Shown here in pieces: positions 1-8,261 of a DNA stretch of 64,000 nt (within the stretch, counting starts at the first letter, position 1; each line of letters begins with the position of its first letter). Under the pieces are notes generated by a model. It did no database searches, was not told the origin of the DNA, and saw only the letters and a program-made list of their open reading frames with translations. This DNA comes from a virus. Location: the IMG/VR virus record IMGVR_UViG_3300048033_001096, positions 32,001 to 96,000 of that record; one strand, given 5' to 3'. The translations under genes and the position numbers were made by a program.

Positions 1-590
1 CTTGAATCATCGTACTTAGAATTAATCCTTTCGAATTCTTTTTTAACGTGTTCTGTTAATTTCCAACGAAACTCTATTTGTCTAATACTAGGCTTTTGTG
101 CCCAAAATATAATTGTATCTACAATATCTTCTAAAGGTGTGTTATAGTCACTAGTAAATGCTGTAGGATCGTCACTGTTAACTTCTGTGCCTTCTAAGAA
201 ACTTAAATCTAGATGTAATATAGGAATACCATTTGGATTGATGCTTTCTAAACGACATGCTTCTGCTAGTGCTTGTTTGTCGTGTACATAATCCGTAGGA
301 ATAAGTTCTGGATAGTGTCTACTCACACTTCCCATAACAACCATCATATCAACTTTGTCTTTGAGTGCATGAAATAGTTTTAGTTGCTGTTCGTCTCTAT
401 AAGCATTATTAATAAACAATTCTGCCCCAGTAGCTTCTTCAACAATTTTGTCAAAATCTTTTTCAATGTCATAGCTGTTGCTGCGACTCATACCTACAAT
501 TTCTCTACAACTAATTTCATTAAACTTATCGTAGATTGCTTTACCTATTCCATTAGTGTGTCCTGTTATAACTATTTTCTTTTCACTCAT
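1..590 (-). CDS. Short-chain dehydrogenase/reductase (SDR)-like protein, 3' end runs off the window
   Basis: Not in the ORF track; translated by hand from ATG at 590: MSEKKIVITGHTNGIGKAI...FINNAY...VMGSVS...YVHDK. Has TGxxxGxG, NNA, the catalytic Ser and YxxxK. No stop before position 1. Confidence 0.8.
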   Translation of the reverse strand, partial: MSEKKIVITGHTNGIGKAIYDKFNEISCREIVGMSRSNSYDIEKDFDKIVEEATGAELFINNAYRDEQQLKLFHALKDKVDMMVVMGSVSRHYPELIPTDYVHDKQALAEACRLESINPNGIPILHLDLSFLEGTEVNSDDPTAFTSDYNTPLEDIVDTIIFWAQKPSIRQIEFRWKLTEHVKKEFERINSKYDDS

Positions 591-1029
591 TGATATTATA
601 TCCTATAAATGTTATGTCTGGATTATCTAACCAAAACTGTATACTGTTTGCAACCATTTGGTAATTGCGATAACTGCTACTAGTCAACTGTAAATACAAC
701 ATAGGGTACTTGCTGTGTAATGCTAACTGCTGTACAGTTTTTTCTAGTTCCCACTTTTCTTTGCTGTACTTGGCCATTTCGGGATCAAAGTTTATTGCTG
801 CAATACTGCCCATTACAACCAACCTGCATTTATCTTTTAAACGTTCTACATACTCTATCTGATTAGCATGTGCATTTAGTATTACTACAGAGCCTTCTTC
901 AAATCCTGCTTCTATTATATCTTCAATGTCTGTAATTAAGTCTACGGGTCTACCTACAGTAACACATTTAAAATGATTTGCTAGGTATTCTCCTAGTCCT
1001 CGTGTAGCGCCTGTTATATAAAAATTCAT
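583..1029 (-). CDS. Minimal SDR-like Rossmann-fold protein (148 aa)
   Basis: ITGATRGLG, LNAH, VMGSIA and YSKEK (YxxxK); paralog of the adjacent SDR. Confidence 0.75.
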   Translation of the reverse strand: MNFYITGATRGLGEYLANHFKCVTVGRPVDLITDIEDIIEAGFEEGSVVILNAHANQIEYVERLKDKCRLVVMGSIAAINFDPEMAKYSKEKWELEKTVQQLALHSKYPMLYLQLTSSSYRNYQMVANSIQFWLDNPDITFIGYNINE

Positions 1030-2057
1030 TTTACTAATTTGTCTAAATTTTTAAAAAAATCTTCACCTAATTCTTTTTCAACAATATCTGCCATTTCGCT
1101 GTCCTCAAGTCTTTTTAACTTGCGGTACAACTGTACATTGGCACGTTGTATCTCCATAAACTTTTTAACATAAAATGGTTCGTCAAATGTTGGGTTCTTT
1201 TCTGGCATGAAATCCTCTCTATCAGTAAAACCTATACGCTCTCTTTCGCTAAAGAAACAACTTGCTATCCATTTTGTTCCTTTGGTAATTACTTTGCTTT
1301 CGTGTATGGTGCTCCAATTAGTAGCTTCATCATAACACTGTTTAAAATATAGTAAACTTCCTTTTTTAGGTTTTATGTCAACACCTAGCTTAGGAAAATA
1401 CGTTGTACCGCCTTCGTAGTCGTCGTTGAGATATAATATACCTGTACCTACTCTATCGTTTTTGCCATGACTGTAGTAATTAATTTTGTCTGGAAAATAA
1501 GGATAGTCGTGGTGCAAATCTAAATATCTGCCTACATCGTAATTGTATATGTCAATTGCTTCAATTAAAGAATACGGAAATCCGCAGTTATCTACTATTG
1601 CTTTTGCAATTACATTATAATGTACAGGATTCATTCCTAAACTAATTCCGCGCTGCTCTACATCTTCAGTTACTTGTGTATAACTTTCTTGACGGCTTTG
1701 CTTTCCACTATCTGGATTCATTCCATCTGCAATATGTTTTGCAATAATTGCATCACAAATGTCTTCTGATACTGCATTATCAAATACAACAATTAACGGC
1801 TCTTCGCAGTATACTCTGCCTTCATTCATGTTTAGTACAGGAGGCGCAATTGCTTCATCTTCTATTAAACTTATCTCTGTACAAAATTCTCTACCTTCAT
1901 AGAATGTTCTATTAAACGAAATACGCTGTCTTTCTTTTAGAGTCTTAGGTAGTGTTTGTACGTGATATTTTTCACATATAATTTGATCGCCTTTTTCAGT
2001 TTCTACAAATCCAAAACCTTTTGCGTCATTAAACCATTGTACTATTCCTGTTTCCAT
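1026..2057 (-). CDS. Cold-shock domain fused to a prolyl-4-hydroxylase-like Fe(II)/2OG dioxygenase
   Basis: N-terminal GIVQWFNDAKGFGFV (CSD RNP1). C-terminal HHDY...LYLNDDYEGGTTYFP...KPKKGSLLYF...HES...GTKW. Start moved to ATG 2057 (TAATG overlap with the upstream stop); the ORF track starts at 2072. Confidence 0.85.
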   Translation of the reverse strand: METGIVQWFNDAKGFGFVETEKGDQIICEKYHVQTLPKTLKERQRISFNRTFYEGREFCTEISLIEDEAIAPPVLNMNEGRVYCEEPLIVVFDNAVSEDICDAIIAKHIADGMNPDSGKQSRQESYTQVTEDVEQRGISLGMNPVHYNVIAKAIVDNCGFPYSLIEAIDIYNYDVGRYLDLHHDYPYFPDKINYYSHGKNDRVGTGILYLNDDYEGGTTYFPKLGVDIKPKKGSLLYFKQCYDEATNWSTIHESKVITKGTKWIASCFFSERERIGFTDREDFMPEKNPTFDEPFYVKKFMEIQRANVQLYRKLKRLEDSEMADIVEKELGEDFFKNLDKLVK

Positions 2058-2590
2058 TACCATGCATTCCAAATATACTTAGGTGCAGTTCCGCAGTTTG
2101 TTCCTGCATGCCACAACTTTCTGTTTTCCCATCTGAATGTTTCACCTTGCGCTCTATTATAAAGACACTTATCATCTACTATAAAAATGTGTCCCCATTG
2201 AGGCTTACCTATATGTGAATGATACCGAGGACACTCTGGCAAGTTTGCTTCATCGTCGTGTACGTCCCAGTGTATAGGAGCAAACCGTCCTGGCCAAACT
2301 CTACTGATCCATACATTATTACATTCTAATTTGTAATACTTATTCCACGCATCGACAATGCTTTGGTCAAACTGCTTGCCTGGAATAAACATATCCCATC
2401 CTGCGGTGCCACCTTCTTGTACAGTTTTGTATCCTGCTTCTTCCCACATATCTAATATAGGATCTAACCCCGGAACAGTGTCACCTCTTTTATGACTAGG
2501 ACCAACATACTCTGGCTCAGTGTTTTCTAAATCTCGAATAACACTATCCCAGTCAATAACATGACTACAACTTCCAATACTTCTTACCAT
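2057..2590 (-). CDS. Cupin/Fe(II)-2OG oxygenase-like protein
   Basis: PGRFAPIHWDVHD...WHAGTNCG (HxD...H). Start placed at ATG 2590 (TAATG overlap). Paralog of the next gene. Confidence 0.7.
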   Translation of the reverse strand: MVRSIGSCSHVIDWDSVIRDLENTEPEYVGPSHKRGDTVPGLDPILDMWEEAGYKTVQEGGTAGWDMFIPGKQFDQSIVDAWNKYYKLECNNVWISRVWPGRFAPIHWDVHDDEANLPECPRYHSHIGKPQWGHIFIVDDKCLYNRAQGETFRWENRKLWHAGTNCGTAPKYIWNAW

Positions 2591-3159
2591 TACCTCGGCC
2601 TTCCTAAAAAATGAAACAAGTACTGGTGATGTGTGCCGCAACTTGTACCTGCATGATAACTTCTGTAGTTGTCCCATTCGTAAACAGCGCCTTGTTCTAC
2701 ATTATGAAAACATTCGTCTTCAAGTATAAGCACACTGCCCCATCGAGGCTTGTCCATAAAACATACCCAACGCTTTAGTTCGCCTTGTGCTAACCATTCT
2801 TCTTCTTTGTCTTCTACGTCCCAATGATAAGGAACATTGCGTCCAGGTGCAACATCACTTACAAACACTCTAAGCGGATCTGCATTAACCAAGTCTGCAA
2901 ACTTGTTTTGTATTTTGATATCAAAGTGTTCGCCCGGATAGTAATCGTGCCAAATAATATCTTCTAATTTATACCCTGCTCGTTGCCATGTATCCATTAT
3001 GCTTCTGTAAGACTCTAACAACGTGCCTTCTGCTTCTGCTTCGCTACGATCAACAACACTTGTTACTGTGTTTTCGTCGCCGTCATTACATTGTTCGCAT
3101 AACTTGACTATTGGATCCCAGTCTATAATTCCATCTGTTGTACCGAAGTATTTAGGCAT
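2590..3159 (-). CDS. Cupin/Fe(II)-2OG oxygenase-like protein
   Basis: PGRNVPYHWDVED...YHAGTSCG (HxD...H); collinear similarity to 2057-2590. Confidence 0.7.
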   Translation of the reverse strand: MPKYFGTTDGIIDWDPIVKLCEQCNDGDENTVTSVVDRSEAEAEGTLLESYRSIMDTWQRAGYKLEDIIWHDYYPGEHFDIKIQNKFADLVNADPLRVFVSDVAPGRNVPYHWDVEDKEEEWLAQGELKRWVCFMDKPRWGSVLILEDECFHNVEQGAVYEWDNYRSYHAGTSCGTHHQYLFHFLGRPR

Positions 3160-3829
3160 TAAACAATTCCTTGTATATGTAACTCATATCTTGATCTCCC
3201 CATTTGACATGTGTGCCTAAACTACGCTTAAACATTTTTTCTAAATTTAAGACACTATCAACTGCTGCACCTGTTTCTTCTAACCTAAACTGAGCAGTTT
3301 CATGTATAATACCTTGCATGTATTTTTCTTCAATATACGGTTCGTCAATAGGCACACATCCGTACCAGTCAATTGCTCGCATATTTCCATCATCACTAAT
3401 GTAATGACAGTGTGGATACATAGTTAACTTATAAATGCCTTCATCGTATTGATCTAGCATGATATCTTTAATTTGTTTACGCCATTGTTGCTCAGGCCAT
3501 TCTTTCCCACTGTATATTATTTGATTGCAGCTAACATCGTACCACTTAATATAAATTTTTCTATTTTTGTAATCAACGTCTAATACTTCGGGCGCATAAG
3601 GTTTGTCTTTGAATATCTCTAAATATGTTAGTTCGTTAAAGAAAAACCATTCTGCTACTTCATCTGTATATAACGGACGATTGCTTGTTTCTCTATACTG
3701 ATATTCATTGGGCCAAGAATAATTCTTACAGAACGTTTTGCCGTCAGCACTTACTAATGGCTCATAAGTTTGTTGAGCCATACAAAGATGTCCTTCTTCG
3801 CTTAGTTTAAGATACGGAGTCCACTGCAA
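3152..3829 (-). CDS. Protein-kinase-like fold protein with a degenerate catalytic loop
   Basis: FCKNY...NELTYL...YAPEVLDVD...GIYKLTMYPHCHYISDDGNMRAIDWYG has the spacing of kinase subdomains II-VII, but the HxD/N residues are absent. Confidence 0.45.
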   Translation of the reverse strand: MQWTPYLKLSEEGHLCMAQQTYEPLVSADGKTFCKNYSWPNEYQYRETSNRPLYTDEVAEWFFFNELTYLEIFKDKPYAPEVLDVDYKNRKIYIKWYDVSCNQIIYSGKEWPEQQWRKQIKDIMLDQYDEGIYKLTMYPHCHYISDDGNMRAIDWYGCVPIDEPYIEEKYMQGIIHETAQFRLEETGAAVDSVLNLEKMFKRSLGTHVKWGDQDMSYIYKELFNA

Positions 3830-4463
3830 TTTTAAAGTCCTTAGTTAGTTTTAAACTAGATAGTTCTGTTACAGCTACTTTAAATTTAACTATTTCTGCG
3901 TCAAATGAAAAGTCTGCTAATTTATTATTTTTATTAGCATGGTTAAGCCACGGGCTAACAAAATTGTCAAATTTATATCTATAATCGTGCTGAGAAGAAG
4001 CAGGCTTAATTGTAACTTCTACTAACCCATCGTCTGTGGAATTAGTTAATAATTCTCTAACTACTAATTGCACTCTAGGAATGCTTCCGTAGTTTGAAGC
4101 TGCATGTATGCGTCCTGCATCCATGTAATACCAATATCCAGTTTTTTCTAACAAATGCATATCTAGATTATCTAAATCTAGTAGATAACTTTGTTCGCCT
4201 TGTAGGTTTAAATGCCAACGATTGTCAATGTCCGAATGTGACATATATGTAGTGCCGGGCTGCATTACTATTACTCGTGCTTCGCCGTGCTGCTTAGGAA
4301 GAGTTTTGAGTAATCTCTCCCAAACTGTTCCTTTGTATTCGGGCTTAATTTCCCACGGATCATAGAAGAAATTTCCAGTAGGTTGATTTAATGCTGTTTT
4401 AATATCATTAAAGTCTGCATCAATCTTTGGAATTTTAGCTTTATACTCAGTTCTCTCTAGCAT
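3807..4463 (-). CDS. Aspartyl/asparaginyl beta-hydroxylase-like oxygenase with an extra C-terminal domain
   Basis: ARVIVMQPG...SHSDIDNRWHLNL...MDAGRIHAASNYGSIPRVQLVV (HxD...H...R). Confidence 0.75.
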   Translation of the reverse strand: MLERTEYKAKIPKIDADFNDIKTALNQPTGNFFYDPWEIKPEYKGTVWERLLKTLPKQHGEARVIVMQPGTTYMSHSDIDNRWHLNLQGEQSYLLDLDNLDMHLLEKTGYWYYMDAGRIHAASNYGSIPRVQLVVRELLTNSTDDGLVEVTIKPASSQHDYRYKFDNFVSPWLNHANKNNKLADFSFDAEIVKFKVAVTELSSLKLTKDFKIAVDSVS

Positions 4464-4468
4464 AGAAA

Positions 4469-4485
4469 TATTTAACCAATAAGTA
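4469..4485. promoter_or_regulatory. Back-to-back late-promoter-like hexamers: TAAATA (minus, 4469-4474) and TAAGTA (plus, 4480-4485)
   Basis: 27-bp divergent gap; each hexamer sits 5 nt before an ATG, with no Shine-Dalgarno. Confidence 0.5.
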
Positions 4486-4490
4486 AGTGT

Positions 4491-5165
4491 ATGAAACTAT
4501 TCTTGAATTCGGAGTGGAAGCGTATAGGAATTAGTCTTAGCGGTGGGGCAGATAGTGCTTTACTAGCATATCTTATACTAAAAGAAACTAACGCAGATAT
4601 CTATTTTACTACACAAATACGTATGTGGAAGACTCGTCCTTGGCAGCGTTATATTGCACAAGATGTTGTCAAATGGTTTGAAGAACGTTTTCCAAATCGA
4701 ATAGAACATATAGAAGGATTTATTCCTCCTGAAATGGAAGAGCCGCATACTACTAATATTAAAGACGAATACGGAAAATTAAAATCAGGTAATCGTATTA
4801 TACTCAGAGCGCATAACGAATGGGTTATACACACTTATAATCTCGATGCATGGTATGCTGCCGTTACACAGAATCCAGAAGACGTACCTGGTGGTCCAGA
4901 AGAACGATACGAAGGCGTATTACCATTACATATGAAACATATGGGAGTTGACATCTGTCATCCTTTCGTGTATACTACTAAGGACTGGATTGTCAAAGAA
5001 TATAACAATGAAAATATTTTAGACTTGCTTAACATAACACGTAGTTGCGAAGGTGAGTTTGAAGGATTAGATTATACAACATATACACCAAGACAAATTG
5101 TTCCTACTTGCGGAAAATGTTTTTGGTGTAAAGAACGAGAGTGGGCTATTGAGCAAAACAAATAG
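4491..5165 (+). CDS. QueC-like PP-loop ATP pyrophosphatase
   Basis: ISLSGGADS PP-loop and a C-terminal TRSC...CGKCFWC Zn-binding motif. Confidence 0.75.
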   Translation: MKLFLNSEWKRIGISLSGGADSALLAYLILKETNADIYFTTQIRMWKTRPWQRYIAQDVVKWFEERFPNRIEHIEGFIPPEMEEPHTTNIKDEYGKLKSGNRIILRAHNEWVIHTYNLDAWYAAVTQNPEDVPGGPEERYEGVLPLHMKHMGVDICHPFVYTTKDWIVKEYNNENILDLLNITRSCEGEFEGLDYTTYTPRQIVPTCGKCFWCKEREWAIEQNK

Positions 5166-6420
5166 TTGTACATTTTGTATGCATCCTTTTACAGGACTTG
5201 CTACACGAGAAGACGGTGCTATCAAAGTATGCTGTCGCAGCCAACCTATTGGATTTATACAAAATGAAACCCTAGAAGAAGTTTGGAACGGTGATGCTAT
5301 GCGTGAAGTGCGTAGGCAAGTGCTAAACAACGAGCGCCCGGACGTATGTAAACCGTGCTTTGACTTAGAAGATCAGGGTGTACAGAGTTTACGACAGCGT
5401 CATACAGCAGGAGTAATACCAGAAGCTAGGATCAACTTATATCCAAATGCACTAGATGCATTAGACGACGATTACAGCATGCCGTTTGAGCTTCCTACGA
5501 TGGAAATCAAACTTAACAATTTGTGTAATTTAAAGTGTCGTATGTGCAACCCACTTGACAGTACAAGTTGGAAAGACTGGGATCAAGTAACTGAGTTTTA
5601 CAAAAAAGAAGATAACATTCTCATTCCTATTGTTGACAAACTTACTACTAAACCGGGTCAGTATATTGGTCCTTTTGACAATAGTGATAATTGGTGGGAA
5701 TCATTTGAAAAACTTTTGCCTCACTTTAGGCGTGTAGAGTTTGCAGGTGGGGAGCCACTGATGGACCCATATCATTATAAAATACTTGACAAACTTGCTG
5801 AGTACGGTGATAACATAGAACTAAAGTACGCTACAAACGGCACTACGCTAGGTATTAAAGGCGGACGTACTATACACGACTATTGGCCTAAGTTTAAAAG
5901 TATTGCTGTAAACGTAAGCATAGACGGCTTACACGACACATATGAATACATTAGAGGTAATGGTAAGTTTGAGGAAATAGAAGAAAATATTAAAGTGTTT
6001 AAGGCATTTCCTAACGTAACTAGAGTAGTTGGTGCGTTTACTGTACAAGCAAACAATATAATGCAGATTGATAGTGTTATTGATTACTTTATTAACAAAC
6101 TAGGCATTGTGTTTTATTCACACCGTGTTAATTATCCTATGGCACTAAGTGCGCAGGTGTTACCTCCTAAATTAAAAGAACGTGTAGTACGCAAACTAGA
6201 AATGATGAAGGCAGGTGTACTAGAATATACTGCTATAAAAGAAAACAAGTTGCTCGAAACTGTTACATTACAACAAATACAAGATAACATCAATTTTTTA
6301 GAAGCAAAATGTATGTACGACACACATTGGCAAGACTGTATTAACTTTAATCGTGCGTTAGACAAAACTCGCAATCAAGACTTTCTTGCTGTAAATCCAG
6401 AGTTTAAACCGTATGTATAA
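5149..6420 (+). CDS. Radical SAM enzyme with an N-terminal Twitch/SPASM-like Cys domain
   Basis: CNLKCRMC and FAGGEPL; N-terminal FCMHPF...DG...CC...CKPC. Likely start TTG 5149 (track: 5098). Confidence 0.9.
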   Translation: MSKTNSCTFCMHPFTGLATREDGAIKVCCRSQPIGFIQNETLEEVWNGDAMREVRRQVLNNERPDVCKPCFDLEDQGVQSLRQRHTAGVIPEARINLYPNALDALDDDYSMPFELPTMEIKLNNLCNLKCRMCNPLDSTSWKDWDQVTEFYKKEDNILIPIVDKLTTKPGQYIGPFDNSDNWWESFEKLLPHFRRVEFAGGEPLMDPYHYKILDKLAEYGDNIELKYATNGTTLGIKGGRTIHDYWPKFKSIAVNVSIDGLHDTYEYIRGNGKFEEIEENIKVFKAFPNVTRVVGAFTVQANNIMQIDSVIDYFINKLGIVFYSHRVNYPMALSAQVLPPKLKERVVRKLEMMKAGVLEYTAIKENKLLETVTLQQIQDNINFLEAKCMYDTHWQDCINFNRALDKTRNQDFLAVNPEFKPYV

Positions 6421-7315
6421 AGTTACATCAAAATGGCCGCATCAAGATTCAATTAAAGTTGAGTGGAATTTAGGAAAACGCTGCAATTTAGATTGTGCAT
6501 ATTGTCCTGCAGAAATACACGATAACTTTAGTCCACATACTAATATTAAAGTATTGTTAGACACTGTAGATGCACTAGCAGAATTAGATAAACCTATACG
6601 AGTAAGTTTTACTGGAGGGGAGCCATGTATACATCCAGACTTTGAAGAACTTATTAAACATGCACGTCAAAGATTAGATTGGATTAATGTAACTACTAAC
6701 GGACTACGTAAGGCAGAATGGTATGCAGAAGCCCCAGTAGATCACTATGTGTTTAGTTTACATTTTGATAACGAACACTGGGAACGTGCTATGGATAATA
6801 TAATGTTCTTTGCACAACACAATGAAAACTTAGATAGAATTCCTTTTCAAGTCAATGTAATGGCACATCACGAACATATGGATCGTGTTAAACTTGCTGT
6901 TGCACGGTTTCACGGACATAACATGCCTTACGTAATAAGACGCATACGATGGACACAAGCAGAGGATCGTGATTGGTTTGACGATATGCGTTACACAGGT
7001 AAAGACTTAGAATGGATTTTAAAAACTAATGCTACTGCATTACCTAACTGTGTAATAGACGAACACAAACTAAAGCATGCTAACGATATTATAAAAGAAA
7101 ATCTAAATAATTTTGAAGGATGGAATTGCGCTGCTGGTGTAGAAAGCCTAATGATTAATTGGGACGGAGAAGTACATCGTGCTACTTGTCGTGTAGGCGG
7201 AAGTTTAGGCAATATTTATGATGGTAGCTTTGAGGCTCCTAACGAATGGGTTACATGCACACGCAAATGGTGTACTTGTGCTGCGGATATTCCTCTTACA
7301 AAGATTGAATCTTAA
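6413..7315 (+). CDS. Radical SAM enzyme with a C-terminal SPASM/Twitch-like domain
   Basis: CNLDCAYC, FTGGEP, TTNG; C-terminal WNCAAG...DGEV...CR...CTRKWCTC. Confidence 0.9.
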   Translation: MYKVTSKWPHQDSIKVEWNLGKRCNLDCAYCPAEIHDNFSPHTNIKVLLDTVDALAELDKPIRVSFTGGEPCIHPDFEELIKHARQRLDWINVTTNGLRKAEWYAEAPVDHYVFSLHFDNEHWERAMDNIMFFAQHNENLDRIPFQVNVMAHHEHMDRVKLAVARFHGHNMPYVIRRIRWTQAEDRDWFDDMRYTGKDLEWILKTNATALPNCVIDEHKLKHANDIIKENLNNFEGWNCAAGVESLMINWDGEVHRATCRVGGSLGNIYDGSFEAPNEWVTCTRKWCTCAADIPLTKIES

Positions 7316-8261
7316 TTTTATCTAACAATTGTTCGGGCTGACAACCACAAAAATCTACATCACATATTTTTGGTTTAATTACAGGATTAAATTTTTCTGT
7401 AAACTTAGGATCATTTAGGTTATAGTTTTCAAACAATACTGTTCGACAGGCACCTGTTATACGACCGTCTTTATCAATGTAAACATTGTCAACGCCTACA
7501 TTACATAACCACCCTTTAAAATAATTTTGTTTATTTAACCCTATCCAATTTCTATTTACAGTTTTTTTCTTACCATTGTCAAGAACTACTTTAGGGTCTC
7601 GTTTTAAATTTTTGAGATGTTTTAATATCCAAATAGGATTAGGAAAACGTTTTACTGGTTTGCTAATAAATTTTAATTGCTCAGGTGTATAATGAATTGT
7701 ATTGTGCATTACTTCCATAGCATTAATAAACCATCTGCGCTTACTGTATTTTAATTGTTTAATTATACTAACACACTTATCCCAGGCAAACGGATCCATT
7801 AGTACCATTGCATTTACTACTGAGCCTTTATCATAAACTATATCAGCAACTTTTTTAAGATGATCTATATCTGCGTACTCGTGGTGTACACTAATCATTA
7901 CATCGTCAAAATATTTTGCATACTGATCCCACCAACGTAAAGTACGGCTTCCGTTTGTACTAATACTAACCCAAGAATTATAATTATGTTTAAGTTGTTC
8001 TACAAACTCTCCTAATGCAGGCCACAATGTCGGCTCTCCGCCAACTATATGAATTTCAAATCGTTCTTTACCATAAGACTTATAATGATTTAACAAATGA
8101 AAAAAGTTTTTTGTTGTGCTATTTAGATCACCTGTCCATCTGTAATCACCTTCGTTAGAACCTTTAAAGCAATACCAACATTTGTGGTTACAAGTGTTTC
8201 CAATCATAAATTCTATTCTTAATGTTTTTGGATCTTGTGAGTTTATTACTTGTGTAATCAT
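7296..8261 (-). CDS. Radical SAM enzyme with a C-terminal SPASM/Twitch-like domain
   Basis: CNHKCWYC, GGEPT, STNGS; C-terminal WLCNVG...C...CDVDFCGC. Start placed at ATG 8261 (ATGA overlap). Confidence 0.9.
   Translation of the reverse strand: MITQVINSQDPKTLRIEFMIGNTCNHKCWYCFKGSNEGDYRWTGDLNSTTKNFFHLLNHYKSYGKERFEIHIVGGEPTLWPALGEFVEQLKHNYNSWVSISTNGSRTLRWWDQYAKYFDDVMISVHHEYADIDHLKKVADIVYDKGSVVNAMVLMDPFAWDKCVSIIKQLKYSKRRWFINAMEVMHNTIHYTPEQLKFISKPVKRFPNPIWILKHLKNLKRDPKVVLDNGKKKTVNRNWIGLNKQNYFKGWLCNVGVDNVYIDKDGRITGACRTVLFENYNLNDPKFTEKFNPVIKPKICDVDFCGCQPEQLLDKIKIQSL

Noticed and set aside
4491-7315. Canonical queC-queE 7-deazaguanine DNA-modification locus
   Set aside because: The adjacent radical SAMs carry Twitch/SPASM-like domains and are not QueE-like, and queD, folE and dpdA are absent from the window. 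Gene symbols were therefore withheld.
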